A DNA stretch of 64,000 nucleotides from an uncultured Actinomycetes bacterium (GTDB lineage: Bacteria > Actinomycetota > UBA4738 > JBBDTT01): contig CAVUMN010000003.1 in assembly GCA_963742735.1 (NCBI GenBank), forward strand, positions 128,001-192,000, read 5' to 3'. The notes under the pieces are model-generated. The model was not told the DNA's origin. It saw only the letters and a list, made by a program, of their open reading frames with translations, and did no database searches. Made by a program: the position numbers and the translations under genes. This document shows, one piece after another, positions 38,708 to 48,268 of this stretch (within the stretch, counting starts at the first letter, position 1; each line of letters starts with the position of its first letter).

Positions 38708-39456
38708 ACGAGCCGGGTCTGTGGCAGGAGCTGACCACCTGGCTCTTCGACCCCGTCCACTGGCAAGGACCCGAGGGGATCCCTACGCGCATCCTCGAGC
38801 ACGTGCAGATCTCGGTCACGGCACTTGTGATCGCCGTCGCGATCGGACTTCCCTTGGGCCTCTACGTGGGCCACACGCGCCGCGGGGAGTTCGTCGCGGT
38901 CGGCGTGGCGAACCTCGGGCGCGCGATCCCGTCGCTGGCGATCCTGGCCATCGCGTACCAGGTGATCCTTGAGATCCGTCCACAGAGCGCGTTCGGATTC
39001 CTTCCAACGGTGATCGCGATGGTCCTTCTCGGCGTGCCCCCGATCCTCACCAATACCTATGTGGGTGTCCAGGCGGTCGATCCCGACACGCTCGAGTCGG
39101 CGAAGGGGATGGGGCTCACCCCACGACAGGTGCTCACGCGCCTCGAGATGCGGTTGGCCATGCCGCTGATCATGGGAGGCATCCGCACGGCGGCCGTCCA
39201 GATCGTGGCGACGGCGACCCTGGCCGCGGTCATCGCGGGTGGCGGTCTCGGCCGATTCATCGTCGACGGCTTTGCCGGCCAGGATTACGACGAGATGATC
39301 GGTGGCGTCATCTTCGTGGTCGCGCTGGCCATCACAACCGAGGGGCTCTTTGCAGGGATCGAACGCCTGGCGACGCCGCGAACGAGCTCACGGGGGCGGC
39401 GCCGGACGCCCTCGATCCGGCCCGATCTCGAACCCGTTCGACGCCCCGCCACGTAA
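38704..39456 (+). CDS. Osmoprotectant ABC transporter permease
   Basis: RAIPSLA, ESAKGMG and GGGLGRFI motifs; TTG start overlapping the upstream stop. Confidence 0.9.
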   Translation: MNEPGLWQELTTWLFDPVHWQGPEGIPTRILEHVQISVTALVIAVAIGLPLGLYVGHTRRGEFVAVGVANLGRAIPSLAILAIAYQVILEIRPQSAFGFLPTVIAMVLLGVPPILTNTYVGVQAVDPDTLESAKGMGLTPRQVLTRLEMRLAMPLIMGGIRTAAVQIVATATLAAVIAGGGLGRFIVDGFAGQDYDEMIGGVIFVVALAITTEGLFAGIERLATPRTSSRGRRRTPSIRPDLEPVRRPAT

Positions 39457-39578
39457 CACTCGGCGAGGGATCTGAGCTGCATTGCCGGAAACGCCCGTTT
39501 CCAGGTTGGCCTGCTAGGGTGCTGACCAGCCCATTCTCACGGGGTTGGCAGCCCCACGACCAGGATCGGAGGAGACCC

Positions 39579-40514
39579 ATGCGGCACCACCGCAAGCTCG
39601 TCCTCGGGGCGAGTCTCCTCGCATTCGCGCTGTTCAGCGCGGCGTGCGGAGACGACTCGGGTGGGGGCGGCACACCGACCACCACGGCAGATATCGAGCG
39701 CGGCACGGTCGTCGTCGGCGTGTCCGGCGCGTTCGCGGAGAGCCAGGTCGTCGCCGAGATGTACGCGCAGGTCCTCGAGGACGCCGGCTACACCGTCGAG
39801 CGCCAGCTGGATCTGGACAGCCGCGCCGTCGGTGACCAGGCGCTGGCAAGCGGTGACATAGACGTGAAGCCCGAGTACGTCGCGTTCGAGCTGACGGCGC
39901 TCGACGAGGACGCCGACAATCAGGGCACGGTCGAGGACGTCTACCCGCGCATGCAGGCCGCCGCCGAGGCCAAAGGCCTCACGGCGCTGGCCTACTCGCC
40001 GGCGAACAGCACAAACGCCTTCGTGATGCTCCCGGACCGGGCGACGGAGCTCAGCGTGGCCTCGCTGACCGACCTGGCGGAGCCTTCCGGTGACCTCGTG
40101 CTGGCCGCGCCGCCCGACTGCGACGAGAACTACCCCTGCCAGCAGGGTCTGAAGGAGGTCTACGGGATCGAGTTCAAGGAGATCAAGAAGCTCGACTTCG
40201 GCGGACCCGACACCGTGGCCGCGGTCGACAGCGGCCAGGCCGATGTGGGGATCCTGTTCACCCTCGACCCGACGATCACCCAGAAGGGCTACACGGTCCT
40301 GGAGGACGACGAGAATCTCCAGCCCGCGGGGAACTTCTTCGCCCTGGCGCGAACGGAGATCCTGAACGGGGAGATCGAGGAGCTGTTGAACTCCGTGACC
40401 ACGTCGCTTACCACCGAGGAGATGCTCGAGCTCGTCGGCCGGGTACAGGTCGACCAGGAGGACGTGGCGGACGTCGCCACCGACTACCTGGACGGGAAGG
40501 GCCTGCTGGGCTAG
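39579..40514 (+). CDS. Glycine betaine/osmoprotectant ABC substrate-binding lipoprotein
   Basis: Lipobox FSAAC; F.ES...AE.YAQ.LE, PEY and LEDD motifs; GGAGG RBS. Confidence 0.9.
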   Translation: MRHHRKLVLGASLLAFALFSAACGDDSGGGGTPTTTADIERGTVVVGVSGAFAESQVVAEMYAQVLEDAGYTVERQLDLDSRAVGDQALASGDIDVKPEYVAFELTALDEDADNQGTVEDVYPRMQAAAEAKGLTALAYSPANSTNAFVMLPDRATELSVASLTDLAEPSGDLVLAAPPDCDENYPCQQGLKEVYGIEFKEIKKLDFGGPDTVAAVDSGQADVGILFTLDPTITQKGYTVLEDDENLQPAGNFFALARTEILNGEIEELLNSVTTSLTTEEMLELVGRVQVDQEDVADVATDYLDGKGLLG

Positions 40515-40534
40515 TCGCCGGCAGGGAGGGAAGC

Positions 40535-40565
40535 AAAGGGCCCGCCCCTACGGGGCGGGCCCTTT
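40535..40565. terminator. Bidirectional hairpin terminator between convergent genes
   Basis: AAAGGGCCCGCCCC-TAC-GGGGCGGGCCCTTT perfect stem. Confidence 0.85.
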
Positions 40566-40569
40566 CGCG

Positions 40570-42189
40570 TCACGCCGCGCCGGAGCCTGCGCCGGAGTCC
40601 TTCGAGGCGGCCTCGAGCTGTTCTTGCGAGGGGTTCTTGATCCCGAACCCGTTGATGGCGGCGCCGAGGAACAGCAACGCCGAGGCGACCACGACGGCCA
40701 CGTGCAGGGCCCCGGTCGAGGCCTCCTTGTCGGCGTCGGCGATCTTCGCCTCGACCGGCGGGGGGAGCTCGAGCTTCGTGAAGTCCGGCGGGTTGAGCGG
40801 GGCCACCGCCTCCCGGAAGTCGGGGCTCTCGGTGTTCACCTCCGGGACCTTCTCTCCGATCGTGGCGTAGAACGAGGAAACGATCGCGATGAAGATCACG
40901 GCCGTCACCAGGGGCGCCCCGACGCGAGAGATGGCGTTGTTGATCGCCGAGCCGACCCCGGCGTTCTGCTTCGGGATGGAGGTCATGACGGCGGTGGTCA
41001 GCGGCGCGACCATCACCGCGAGGCCCGCTCCGAAGACCAGCAGGGCCGGGAGGAAGTCCACCAGGTAGTCGCCGGGAGGCAGCAGGGACCTTCCCCCGCC
41101 GGACCCGAACACCCACGGCGCGCTGGTGGCGGGAAGACGGACCAGCCAGAGCAGCCCCAGGCCCATCAGGGCCGGACCGACGGTCATGAACAGCCGCGGG
41201 CCGTGCCGGGCGGCGAGCTTTCCGAACCGGGTCGACAGGAAGGTGAGCAGCAGCGCGCTGGGGATCCCGGCGATGCCGGCCGCGGGCTCGTTGTAGCCGA
41301 GCGTGCCGATCATGAACAACCCCTGGAACGTGAAGCTGACGTAGAGGGCTCCGTAGATGACGAACGTGGAGAGGTTCGTCACGGTGAAGTTCCGGGACTT
41401 GAAGAGCGAGGGCGGGACGAGCGGGTTCCGTCGCTTCAGCATCAGGACCGGGAGGGCGATGAGGGCCAGGCCTCCCACCGCGAGGGCGATGAAGGCCTCG
41501 GTTCCGGTCCACCGGGTCTGTTCTCCGCGGATCGCGCCGAAGGCGAGTCCGCCCACGGCCACGACCACCGCGAGGGAGCCGACCCAGTCGAAGTGCCCTG
41601 CGGCGTTCTCGTCCCGCGACTCGGGGACGTGGCGCAGGGTCGCCCACACGGCCAGCAGCAGGAACGGGACGTTGATGAAGAAGGCCGCCCGCCAGGAGAT
41701 CGAGTTCACGAGCACGCCGCCGACGAACGGGCCGAGGATCGCCGTCGCCGCGGAGGCTCCCGCCCAGATCCCGTAGGCGCGACCCTGCTCTTCGCCCTCG
41801 AAGGTCGCCGTGATGATGGCCAGCGAACCGGGAACGACGAACGCGCCGGCGGCGCCCTGCAGGATCCGGAACGCGATCAGGCTCTCCATGTTCCACGCGA
41901 TGCCGCACAGCACCGACGTGGCCAGGAACCCCAGCAGCCCGATGGCGAAGACCTTGCGCCGCCCGAAGAAGTCGGTGATGGCTCCCGCGAGGATGAGGAG
42001 GGCCGACAGCGTCACGAAGTAGAAGCCGTAGACGTAGGACTGCCCCTCGAAGGCGCTCGACACGAACGAGCGGGGGAGCTCCTTGCCGATCGCTTTCAGG
42101 GCCAGGTTCACGACCGAGGTGTCCAGGAAGACGATCCCGGAGCCAAGGATGACGGCGATGAGGGTCCATCGCTTCTGGGTCTTCGTCAC
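40570..42189 (-). CDS. MFS transporter, DHA2 (14-TM) drug/H+ antiporter family
   Basis: FLDTSVVNLAL, D.FGRRK, RILQG, GPFVGG and WRAAFFINVP motifs. Confidence 0.9.
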   Translation of the reverse strand: MTKTQKRWTLIAVILGSGIVFLDTSVVNLALKAIGKELPRSFVSSAFEGQSYVYGFYFVTLSALLILAGAITDFFGRRKVFAIGLLGFLATSVLCGIAWNMESLIAFRILQGAAGAFVVPGSLAIITATFEGEEQGRAYGIWAGASAATAILGPFVGGVLVNSISWRAAFFINVPFLLLAVWATLRHVPESRDENAAGHFDWVGSLAVVVAVGGLAFGAIRGEQTRWTGTEAFIALAVGGLALIALPVLMLKRRNPLVPPSLFKSRNFTVTNLSTFVIYGALYVSFTFQGLFMIGTLGYNEPAAGIAGIPSALLLTFLSTRFGKLAARHGPRLFMTVGPALMGLGLLWLVRLPATSAPWVFGSGGGRSLLPPGDYLVDFLPALLVFGAGLAVMVAPLTTAVMTSIPKQNAGVGSAINNAISRVGAPLVTAVIFIAIVSSFYATIGEKVPEVNTESPDFREAVAPLNPPDFTKLELPPPVEAKIADADKEASTGALHVAVVVASALLFLGAAINGFGIKNPSQEQLEAASKDSGAGSGAA

Positions 42190-42252
42190 CCGCGCCCCCC
42201 CTTGGCCGTCGCCGCTCCCAACCCGGCGGGCGAGACTAGCATTCCGGCCCGG

Positions 42253-43641
42253 ATGGACTACGACGTGATCGTTATCGGCGCCGGCGCGGCCGGGGAGGGG
42301 GCGGGGACGCTCGCCGGAGAGCTCGGAACCCGCGTCGCCGTCATCGAGAGCAATCTGGTCGGCGGGGAGTGCTCCTTCTGGGCGTGCCTGCCGTCGAAGA
42401 CCCTGCTCGACTCGGCGCGGCATCGCGCAATGGGCGCGGACTATCCCTGGGACCGGGCGGTGGCCCGCCGCGACTGGATGATCAGCCGCGAGGGCGACCT
42501 CGACTACCCCGACGACTCCGGCCACGTCCGCGGCCTGGAGTCCGCCGGCGCCGAGGTCATCCGCGGCATCGCCCGCATCGTCGGTTCGAACCGCGTGGAG
42601 GTTCGCCCGAAGGACGGCGGCGCGCCTCGAACCCTGGAGTCCCGCTCGCTGCTCGTGGCCACGGGCTCGGTTCCGGTGATCCCCGCGATCGAGGGCCTGG
42701 TCGACGCCGGCTTCTGGACGAGCCGGGAGGCCACGTCGCTGCGGCACCTGCCCTCCAGCCTGGGGATCATGGGGGGCGGCCCGGTGGGCATCGAGATGGC
42801 CCAGGTCTACGCGCGGTTCGGCGTGAAGACCACGGTCATCGAGGGCAACGACCGCATCCTGGTCCGCGACCACCCCCGGTCCTCGGCGGTCGTCGCGGAG
42901 CAGCTGGAACGCGAAGGGGTTGAGCTCCGGCTCGGCGTGAAGGCCACCGCGGTCCGGGCCGGCGGCGCCGGGCGGATCGTGGAGCTCTCGGACGGGTCGA
43001 CCGTCGACATCGCCGAGTTGGTGGTCGCGGTCGGCCGCGCCCCCATCGGCCTGACCGACCTGGGCGTCGAGGAGGCCGGCGTGACGCTGAACGACCGTGG
43101 CGTTAGCCAGCCCGACGAGCGGATGCGAGTGGCGGACGGCGTGTACGTGGCGGGCGACGCCGCCGGCGGCCTGCAGTTCACCCACGTGGCCGACTACCAA
43201 GCGCGGATCGCCGTTCGCAACGCCACGGGCGGCGACGCCGTCGCCGACCTGGAGTCCGTCCCCAAGGCGACCTACACCGACCCGGAGACCGGCGCGGTGG
43301 GGATCACGGTCGAGGACGCGACGGAGCGCGGGATCGACGCGTTCGAGGTCACCCAGGACTTCTCGGTGACCGCACGCGGCTTCACCATCGAGACGCCCAC
43401 CCGCGACGTGCGCGAGGGCGCCCCCGGGCACCTCACCGCCGTCGTCGATCGCGAACGCGGCCTGCTGGTCGGCGCCTTCGCGGCCTGCCCCGGCGCGTCC
43501 GAGCTGATCCACGAGGCCACGCTGGCCATCAAGGCCAAGGTCCCGCTGCCGGTGCTGGCCGACACGATCCACGCGTTCCCGACCGGAGCACGGGTGTTCG
43601 GGAACCTCATGGCCGAGGCCCTCAAGCGCAAGGAGGAGTGA
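42253..43641 (+). CDS. Pyridine nucleotide-disulfide oxidoreductase (Lpd/MerA-like), second paralog
   Basis: IGAGAAG, GGECSFWACLPSK, GGGPVG and HAFPT motifs. Confidence 0.9.
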   Translation: MDYDVIVIGAGAAGEGAGTLAGELGTRVAVIESNLVGGECSFWACLPSKTLLDSARHRAMGADYPWDRAVARRDWMISREGDLDYPDDSGHVRGLESAGAEVIRGIARIVGSNRVEVRPKDGGAPRTLESRSLLVATGSVPVIPAIEGLVDAGFWTSREATSLRHLPSSLGIMGGGPVGIEMAQVYARFGVKTTVIEGNDRILVRDHPRSSAVVAEQLEREGVELRLGVKATAVRAGGAGRIVELSDGSTVDIAELVVAVGRAPIGLTDLGVEEAGVTLNDRGVSQPDERMRVADGVYVAGDAAGGLQFTHVADYQARIAVRNATGGDAVADLESVPKATYTDPETGAVGITVEDATERGIDAFEVTQDFSVTARGFTIETPTRDVREGAPGHLTAVVDRERGLLVGAFAACPGASELIHEATLAIKAKVPLPVLADTIHAFPTGARVFGNLMAEALKRKEE

Positions 43642-44966
43642 TGGAGCCCGAACCGACCCCCGAGGAGGAGCTGGCGCGCGTCCTGGAGTCCGCGAAGCGG
43701 CTGGGCGTGGAGATCGACGAAGCCGAGGCCCGCCAATGGCTGGAGGCAATGGCCGCCGAGGAGACCGGGGTCGGCGACGTGGTCCTCGACACCGAGACCG
43801 GCGTGTACGGCCACCGCGTGACCATGCTCGACTTCTCGCCGAAGGAGCTCGACCGGTTCCGGCGCATCGCCGAGATCGTCGAGATCCCGGACGTGCCGGG
43901 CCGTGTCGAGACCGCGATCGCGCTGTCCGGTTCGGCCGCGCAGTCGAAGATCCAGAGCTACCCCGGCGACGCCGACTTCTTCGAACGGATCAACATCCTG
44001 GCGCCCACGCGCGAGGAGGCGTGTCTGATCCTGGCCGAGACCATGCGCCAGAAGGTCCTCGACTCGCTGGACGGGCCGACGCACCGGTTCATCGAGGCCA
44101 AGTGGAGCAACTACCCCCGCGACGTGGAGCACGGGGGGAAGCCGCGCTCCAAGGGCTCGCCGATCGCGTGGAACGCCCAGGAGGTGGCCGACGGCCGCAT
44201 CGAGGTGCAGGAGCCGGACGGCTCGACCGCGCCGATCGCCTGGAACGATCTGGCCGGCGACCCGGGCTGGTGCAAGCTCGACTGGATCGTCGCCGATCCC
44301 ATCCGCCGGACGCTGTGCAACGCCAGCAACATGTTCGACGTGACGTGGGAGGCGCCGGACGGATCGATCACGCCGCTCGACGGCTACCTGGACCCCTACT
44401 TCCAGGAGGTGTACCTGGAGGCGTCCTCGATCCCGGTGTTCTCCAAGGTCGCGAAGCACCTGATGGGCAACGCCCTCGATCAGTACGTCGACCAGCTCGA
44501 GCACGAGATCCACAAGTACGCGAACGCACCGGAGAACTACGGCAAGGTCGCCAAGCGGATGTACAACGTGTTCCGGCTCACGGGCTCCTACGACGAGGCC
44601 GCGTACCTTCGCGAGCTCTTCGACGAGCCGGCGACCGTCCTGTACCAGGTGGCCGCGGTGATCCGGTCGCTCGACGAGGCCGCCGGCGAGGGCTCCGACG
44701 TCCCGGTCGAGACCCTGGTCGCTCAGGCGGACTCGCTCATCGACGCGGTCCAGGGGGCGGTGCCGGACGACCTCGAGGTGGCGATCGTCGACCGGCTCAC
44801 CCAGATCCGGGAGAACCTGCTGACCGGAGGCGACCCCAAGGACCGGACCGAGCACGTTCGGGCGGCGGTCGAGGACGTCTCGGCGATGGTGAACGACTTC
44901 TTCTACGAGAAGCTCGTCGCCGTCCCGGAGATCAAGGCCCGGCTGGACGCCGCGCGCGGGACCTGA
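43641..44966 (+). CDS. Hypothetical protein with a Pol-beta-superfamily nucleotidyltransferase-like motif
   Basis: ALSGSAAQSKIQSYPGDADFFE (hGS...DxD) plus a later CKLDW; typical codon usage; TGATG overlap with the upstream gene. Confidence 0.6.
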   Translation: MEPEPTPEEELARVLESAKRLGVEIDEAEARQWLEAMAAEETGVGDVVLDTETGVYGHRVTMLDFSPKELDRFRRIAEIVEIPDVPGRVETAIALSGSAAQSKIQSYPGDADFFERINILAPTREEACLILAETMRQKVLDSLDGPTHRFIEAKWSNYPRDVEHGGKPRSKGSPIAWNAQEVADGRIEVQEPDGSTAPIAWNDLAGDPGWCKLDWIVADPIRRTLCNASNMFDVTWEAPDGSITPLDGYLDPYFQEVYLEASSIPVFSKVAKHLMGNALDQYVDQLEHEIHKYANAPENYGKVAKRMYNVFRLTGSYDEAAYLRELFDEPATVLYQVAAVIRSLDEAAGEGSDVPVETLVAQADSLIDAVQGAVPDDLEVAIVDRLTQIRENLLTGGDPKDRTEHVRAAVEDVSAMVNDFFYEKLVAVPEIKARLDAARGT

Positions 44967-44970
44967 CCGG

Positions 44971-45762
44971 TCAGGTCCCGGTGAACTTCGCCTCGCGCTT
45001 CTCGAGGAAGGCCAGGATGCCCTCGGCGAAGTCGTGCGTCTCGCCGAGCTCCTGCTGCACCTCGGCCTCGCGGTCCAGGACGTCGGCCAGCGACATGCCC
45101 CACGCCTCGCGCATCACGCGCTTCGACGCGGCGATCGCCTTCGTGGGCAGGGCGGCGAGCTTCGCGGCGTACGCGGCGAGCTCGTCCCGGAAGCTCTCGG
45201 CGTCGACCACCACGCTCGCCAGGCCGATCCGGTAGGCCTCCTCGGCGGAGACGCGGTCGCCGGTGATCGACAGCTCGAGGGCCTTGGCGTGGCCCACGAT
45301 CCGGGGAAGCAGGTAGTTCCCGCCGGAGTCCGGCAGGAGCCCGATCTTCACGAACGCCTGGATGAACGACGCGGCGCTGGATACGACGCGGACGTCCGCG
45401 GCGCAGGCCAGCGACACGCCGGCGCCGGCGGCGACTCCGTTCACGCCGGCCACGACCGGCTTCGGCAGGTCGATGATCGACAGGATCAGCCGGTTGTACG
45501 TCTGGCGGAGCAGCCCCGCGAAGTCGATCTTGGTGAGGTCGGTCCCCAGGCTCGGGTCCTTCAGATCCTGGCCGGCGCAGAACCCGCGGCCCTCTCCGGT
45601 GATCACCACGCACCGGACCTCGTCGTCGCCCGCGGCCTCGGCGACGGCGTCGCCCGCCTCGGCGGAGAGCTGGCCCGTCAGGGCGTTCAGCGAGTCCGGG
45701 CGGTTGAGCGTCAGCCAGGCGACGGGCCCGTCGACCTCGTAGCGGATCGTCTCGTACGTCAC
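44971..45762 (-). CDS. Enoyl-CoA hydratase/isomerase (PaaG-like)
   Basis: LNRPDSLNA, FCAGQDL, NGVAAGAG, AFVKIGLLPDSGG and DFAEG motifs. Confidence 0.88.
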   Translation of the reverse strand: MTYETIRYEVDGPVAWLTLNRPDSLNALTGQLSAEAGDAVAEAAGDDEVRCVVITGEGRGFCAGQDLKDPSLGTDLTKIDFAGLLRQTYNRLILSIIDLPKPVVAGVNGVAAGAGVSLACAADVRVVSSAASFIQAFVKIGLLPDSGGNYLLPRIVGHAKALELSITGDRVSAEEAYRIGLASVVVDAESFRDELAAYAAKLAALPTKAIAASKRVMREAWGMSLADVLDREAEVQQELGETHDFAEGILAFLEKREAKFTGT

Positions 45763-46148
45763 GGGTTCAGCTCCTTCGCGTCGACGTAGCGCTGCACGAA
45801 CGTGCCGCGGCCCACCGTGCCCTTCGGTCCGCGAACCTCGACCTCGGCCACGCACTGCTCCTCGTCGGCGAACGTGCACCGGGCGAGGATGGCCAGGCGG
45901 TCGCCGGGGTGGGCCGCCCGCAGATGGGTCGCCTCGATTCGGTACCCGACGGCGTCCTCACCCTCGGGCATGTGACGGTCGACGAGCAGCCGCCCGGCCT
46001 CCTCCATGTGACGGACCATCCAGGACGTCCCGTACCGCCGGCTCATGACCCGGTCGAACAGGACGGCGACCATGTCCTCGGTCACCTCGACCTCGTGGGA
46101 GGCCTCCTCGCCCTGGGCCGGACGCCCCGTGCTTCGCCGCTCGGACAC
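45759..46148 (-). CDS. Hot-dog fold thioesterase (fluoroacetyl-CoA thioesterase-like)
   Basis: YGT..M...ME.A and VG..I...HL.A...GD patterns. Confidence 0.7.
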   Translation of the reverse strand: MSERRSTGRPAQGEEASHEVEVTEDMVAVLFDRVMSRRYGTSWMVRHMEEAGRLLVDRHMPEGEDAVGYRIEATHLRAAHPGDRLAILARCTFADEEQCVAEVEVRGPKGTVGRGTFVQRYVDAKELNP

Positions 46149-46169
46149 GGCGGCGATTCTTCCACACGG

Positions 46170-46955
46170 CTACGCGGTGCTCCGGCGGCGAGCCTCCCAC
46201 TCCGAGGCGCCGAGGAAGACGGCGCCGCCGACCAGCGCGACGAGGCCCCAGGTGTCGCCGGCGCTGCCCGCGTAGTTCGGGAACACCACCGAGGCCAGGC
46301 CGAGGACCATCGCCGCCAGTCCCGCGCAGCGCGCCGGGACGAGCCAGCCAGGCATGCGCAACGAGGCGAGGAGCCCGACCAGCGCGAGCGTGATGGCCAA
46401 CGCCGCCATCTGGGCCCAGTGGTGCTCGTCCACGTGCGAGTCCCCCTCCACGCCCAGACGCTGGAGCTCGGCCATGCTCAGGGCGTAGGCGGTCAGGGGG
46501 ACGGCGGCCGCGACGGCGAGCGCCGCCAGGATCGGGCTCGGCCGGCGCTCCGGCCGCACGAACCGAGCGCGGAAGGCCGGGCCGCCGATCGCCAGGAGCG
46601 TCCCCACGGCCACCGCGCCCGGCAGAAAGCCGATGACGAGCCACACGGGGTCGGCCGCGAGCGCCGCGGCGACCAGGCCGCCCAGAGACGCCAGCGCCAC
46701 CTGATACAGCGGCGCGACCTGCCTGCGGGCGGCCACCGCGAACAGCGGCACCGCGAGCAGGATCCCGACGAGGATCCCGCCCCCCAGGTCGTGGACCCGG
46801 TGGACCAGCCGCTCGCCGCCCTCGAACCACCCAAGGATCAGGGCGGGGAAGCCGAACAAGGCGAGGCCGAACAGCACGCCGACCACGACGGCGATCAGGC
46901 GAAACGCCCTCGGTCGCGTGATCTGGTCTCCGGTGCTCTCCTCGGTGGCGGCCAC
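46170..46955 (-). CDS. Hypothetical integral membrane protein
   Basis: About eight TM segments; HRVHD and HVDEHHW His clusters; GAGG RBS. Confidence 0.7.
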   Translation of the reverse strand: MAATEESTGDQITRPRAFRLIAVVVGVLFGLALFGFPALILGWFEGGERLVHRVHDLGGGILVGILLAVPLFAVAARRQVAPLYQVALASLGGLVAAALAADPVWLVIGFLPGAVAVGTLLAIGGPAFRARFVRPERRPSPILAALAVAAAVPLTAYALSMAELQRLGVEGDSHVDEHHWAQMAALAITLALVGLLASLRMPGWLVPARCAGLAAMVLGLASVVFPNYAGSAGDTWGLVALVGGAVFLGASEWEARRRSTA

Positions 46956-46967
46956 GCGTGCCTCCTC

Positions 46968-48245
46968 TCAGCCGATGACTCGGCAGACCTCGATGGGCTC
47001 GGATCGCCCCTTCACCTGGCGCGGGCCCACCGGCTCGGCGGTGACGCCGGGCGCCCGCGCGACGGTGGACGCGGACGCCAGGACCTCGCCGCCGGCCGCT
47101 TCGGACTCCAGGCGCTGGGCGACGTTCACCGCGTCGCCCAGGACGGTGTACGCGAGCCGGCCGCCGCCGCCGACCGTGCCCGCGACCACCGTGCCGGTGT
47201 TGACGCCGATGCCGACGCCGAGGGGCGGCTTGCCCTCGCGGACATCCTCCGCGTTCAGCTCCGACTGGCGGGCCTGCATGGCCAGCGCGCAGCGCAGGGC
47301 CCGCTCGGGGTGGTCGGGGAGCGGGTCCGGCGCACCGAACACGGCCATCACGGCGTCTCCGCTGAACTTGTCCAGGGTGCCACCGTGGTCCAGGACGACC
47401 TCGGCCATCGCGGTCAGGTGGCGGGCGATGACCGTGGCCAACTCGCGCGCCGGCAGCTCCTCGGAAAGCGTCGTGAATCCCCGGATGTCGGAGAAGAGGA
47501 TCGTCGCCTCGACCTCCTCCTGTTCCCCCAGCCCCTCGGCCGAGGCGAGCCGGTCGGCCACCTGTGAGGGAACGAACGACCGCAGGCTGCGAGTGGACGT
47601 CTCCCGGTCGACGACCGCGGAGTGGAGGCGCTTGAGCTCGTCGACGGCCACGGCGGCGCCGCGTCCGACCTCGCCCGCGAGCCGCTCGAAAAGCTCCGTG
47701 ACCCGGCGGTCGATCGCCTCCTGGGTCGTGCCCAGCCGTTCCGCCATCTCGGCGTAGCCCAGGCCCTGTGCCATCAGGTCGAGCACCTCGCGGTCGGCGT
47801 CGCCGCGGTCCTCGCGCCCGGACAGCCGCTCGGCGATCACCGGGTCGATGGCCGTGCCCCCGGCGGCCACCTCGCGGATGGCCCGCACCAGCTCGTCGCC
47901 CTCGGCCACCCGCTCCTTCAGCAGATAGGCCAGCCCGGACTCGCCCCCGCCCAGCAACGCGAGGGCGTACGCCTCGTCGTCGTGGGCGGACAGGACCACC
48001 ACGCCCGTGCCGGGGTGCCGCCGGCGGATCTCGTGGGCGGCCTCGATCCCCTCGAGCTGGAAGTTCGGGGGCATCTTGATGTCGGTCACCACCACGTCCG
48101 GAAGCTCGGCGTCCGCAACCTCCAGGAGCGAGGGCGCGTCGGCGGCCACGCCGACCACGGTGACCCCGTCGGACGCGTCCAGGAGTGCGCGCACGCCCTC
48201 GCGGACCAACACGTTGTCCTCGCCCAGCACCACCCGGATCGTCAC
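46968..48245 (-). CDS. Response regulator-adenylate cyclase fusion (REC - LuxR-like HTH - class III cyclase)
   Basis: GEDNVLVREG...TDIKMPP receiver; EVLDLMAQGLG HTH-like segment; LFSDIRGFT, DKFSGDA and YTVLGDAVNVAQRL cyclase motifs. Confidence 0.88.
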   Translation of the reverse strand: MTIRVVLGEDNVLVREGVRALLDASDGVTVVGVAADAPSLLEVADAELPDVVVTDIKMPPNFQLEGIEAAHEIRRRHPGTGVVVLSAHDDEAYALALLGGGESGLAYLLKERVAEGDELVRAIREVAAGGTAIDPVIAERLSGREDRGDADREVLDLMAQGLGYAEMAERLGTTQEAIDRRVTELFERLAGEVGRGAAVAVDELKRLHSAVVDRETSTRSLRSFVPSQVADRLASAEGLGEQEEVEATILFSDIRGFTTLSEELPARELATVIARHLTAMAEVVLDHGGTLDKFSGDAVMAVFGAPDPLPDHPERALRCALAMQARQSELNAEDVREGKPPLGVGIGVNTGTVVAGTVGGGGRLAYTVLGDAVNVAQRLESEAAGGEVLASASTVARAPGVTAEPVGPRQVKGRSEPIEVCRVIG

Positions 48246-48268
48246 TGGCTCACCTGTAGCATCCCTCC

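Noticed and set aside
42253-43641. Mercuric reductase call for the Lpd-like genes
   Set aside because: There is no C-terminal Cys-Cys pair, no HMA domain and no mer operon context.
40570-43749. Two overlapping ~1000-aa ORFs on opposite strands
   Set aside because: Each is a real gene (MFS or reductase) extended by a stop-free shadow frame, which is typical of very high GC DNA.
43641-44966. CBASS or toxin-antitoxin defence system around the NTase-like gene
   Set aside because: The neighbours are metabolic genes, and no effector, Cap2/Cap3, HEPN or AbiE partner is adjacent.
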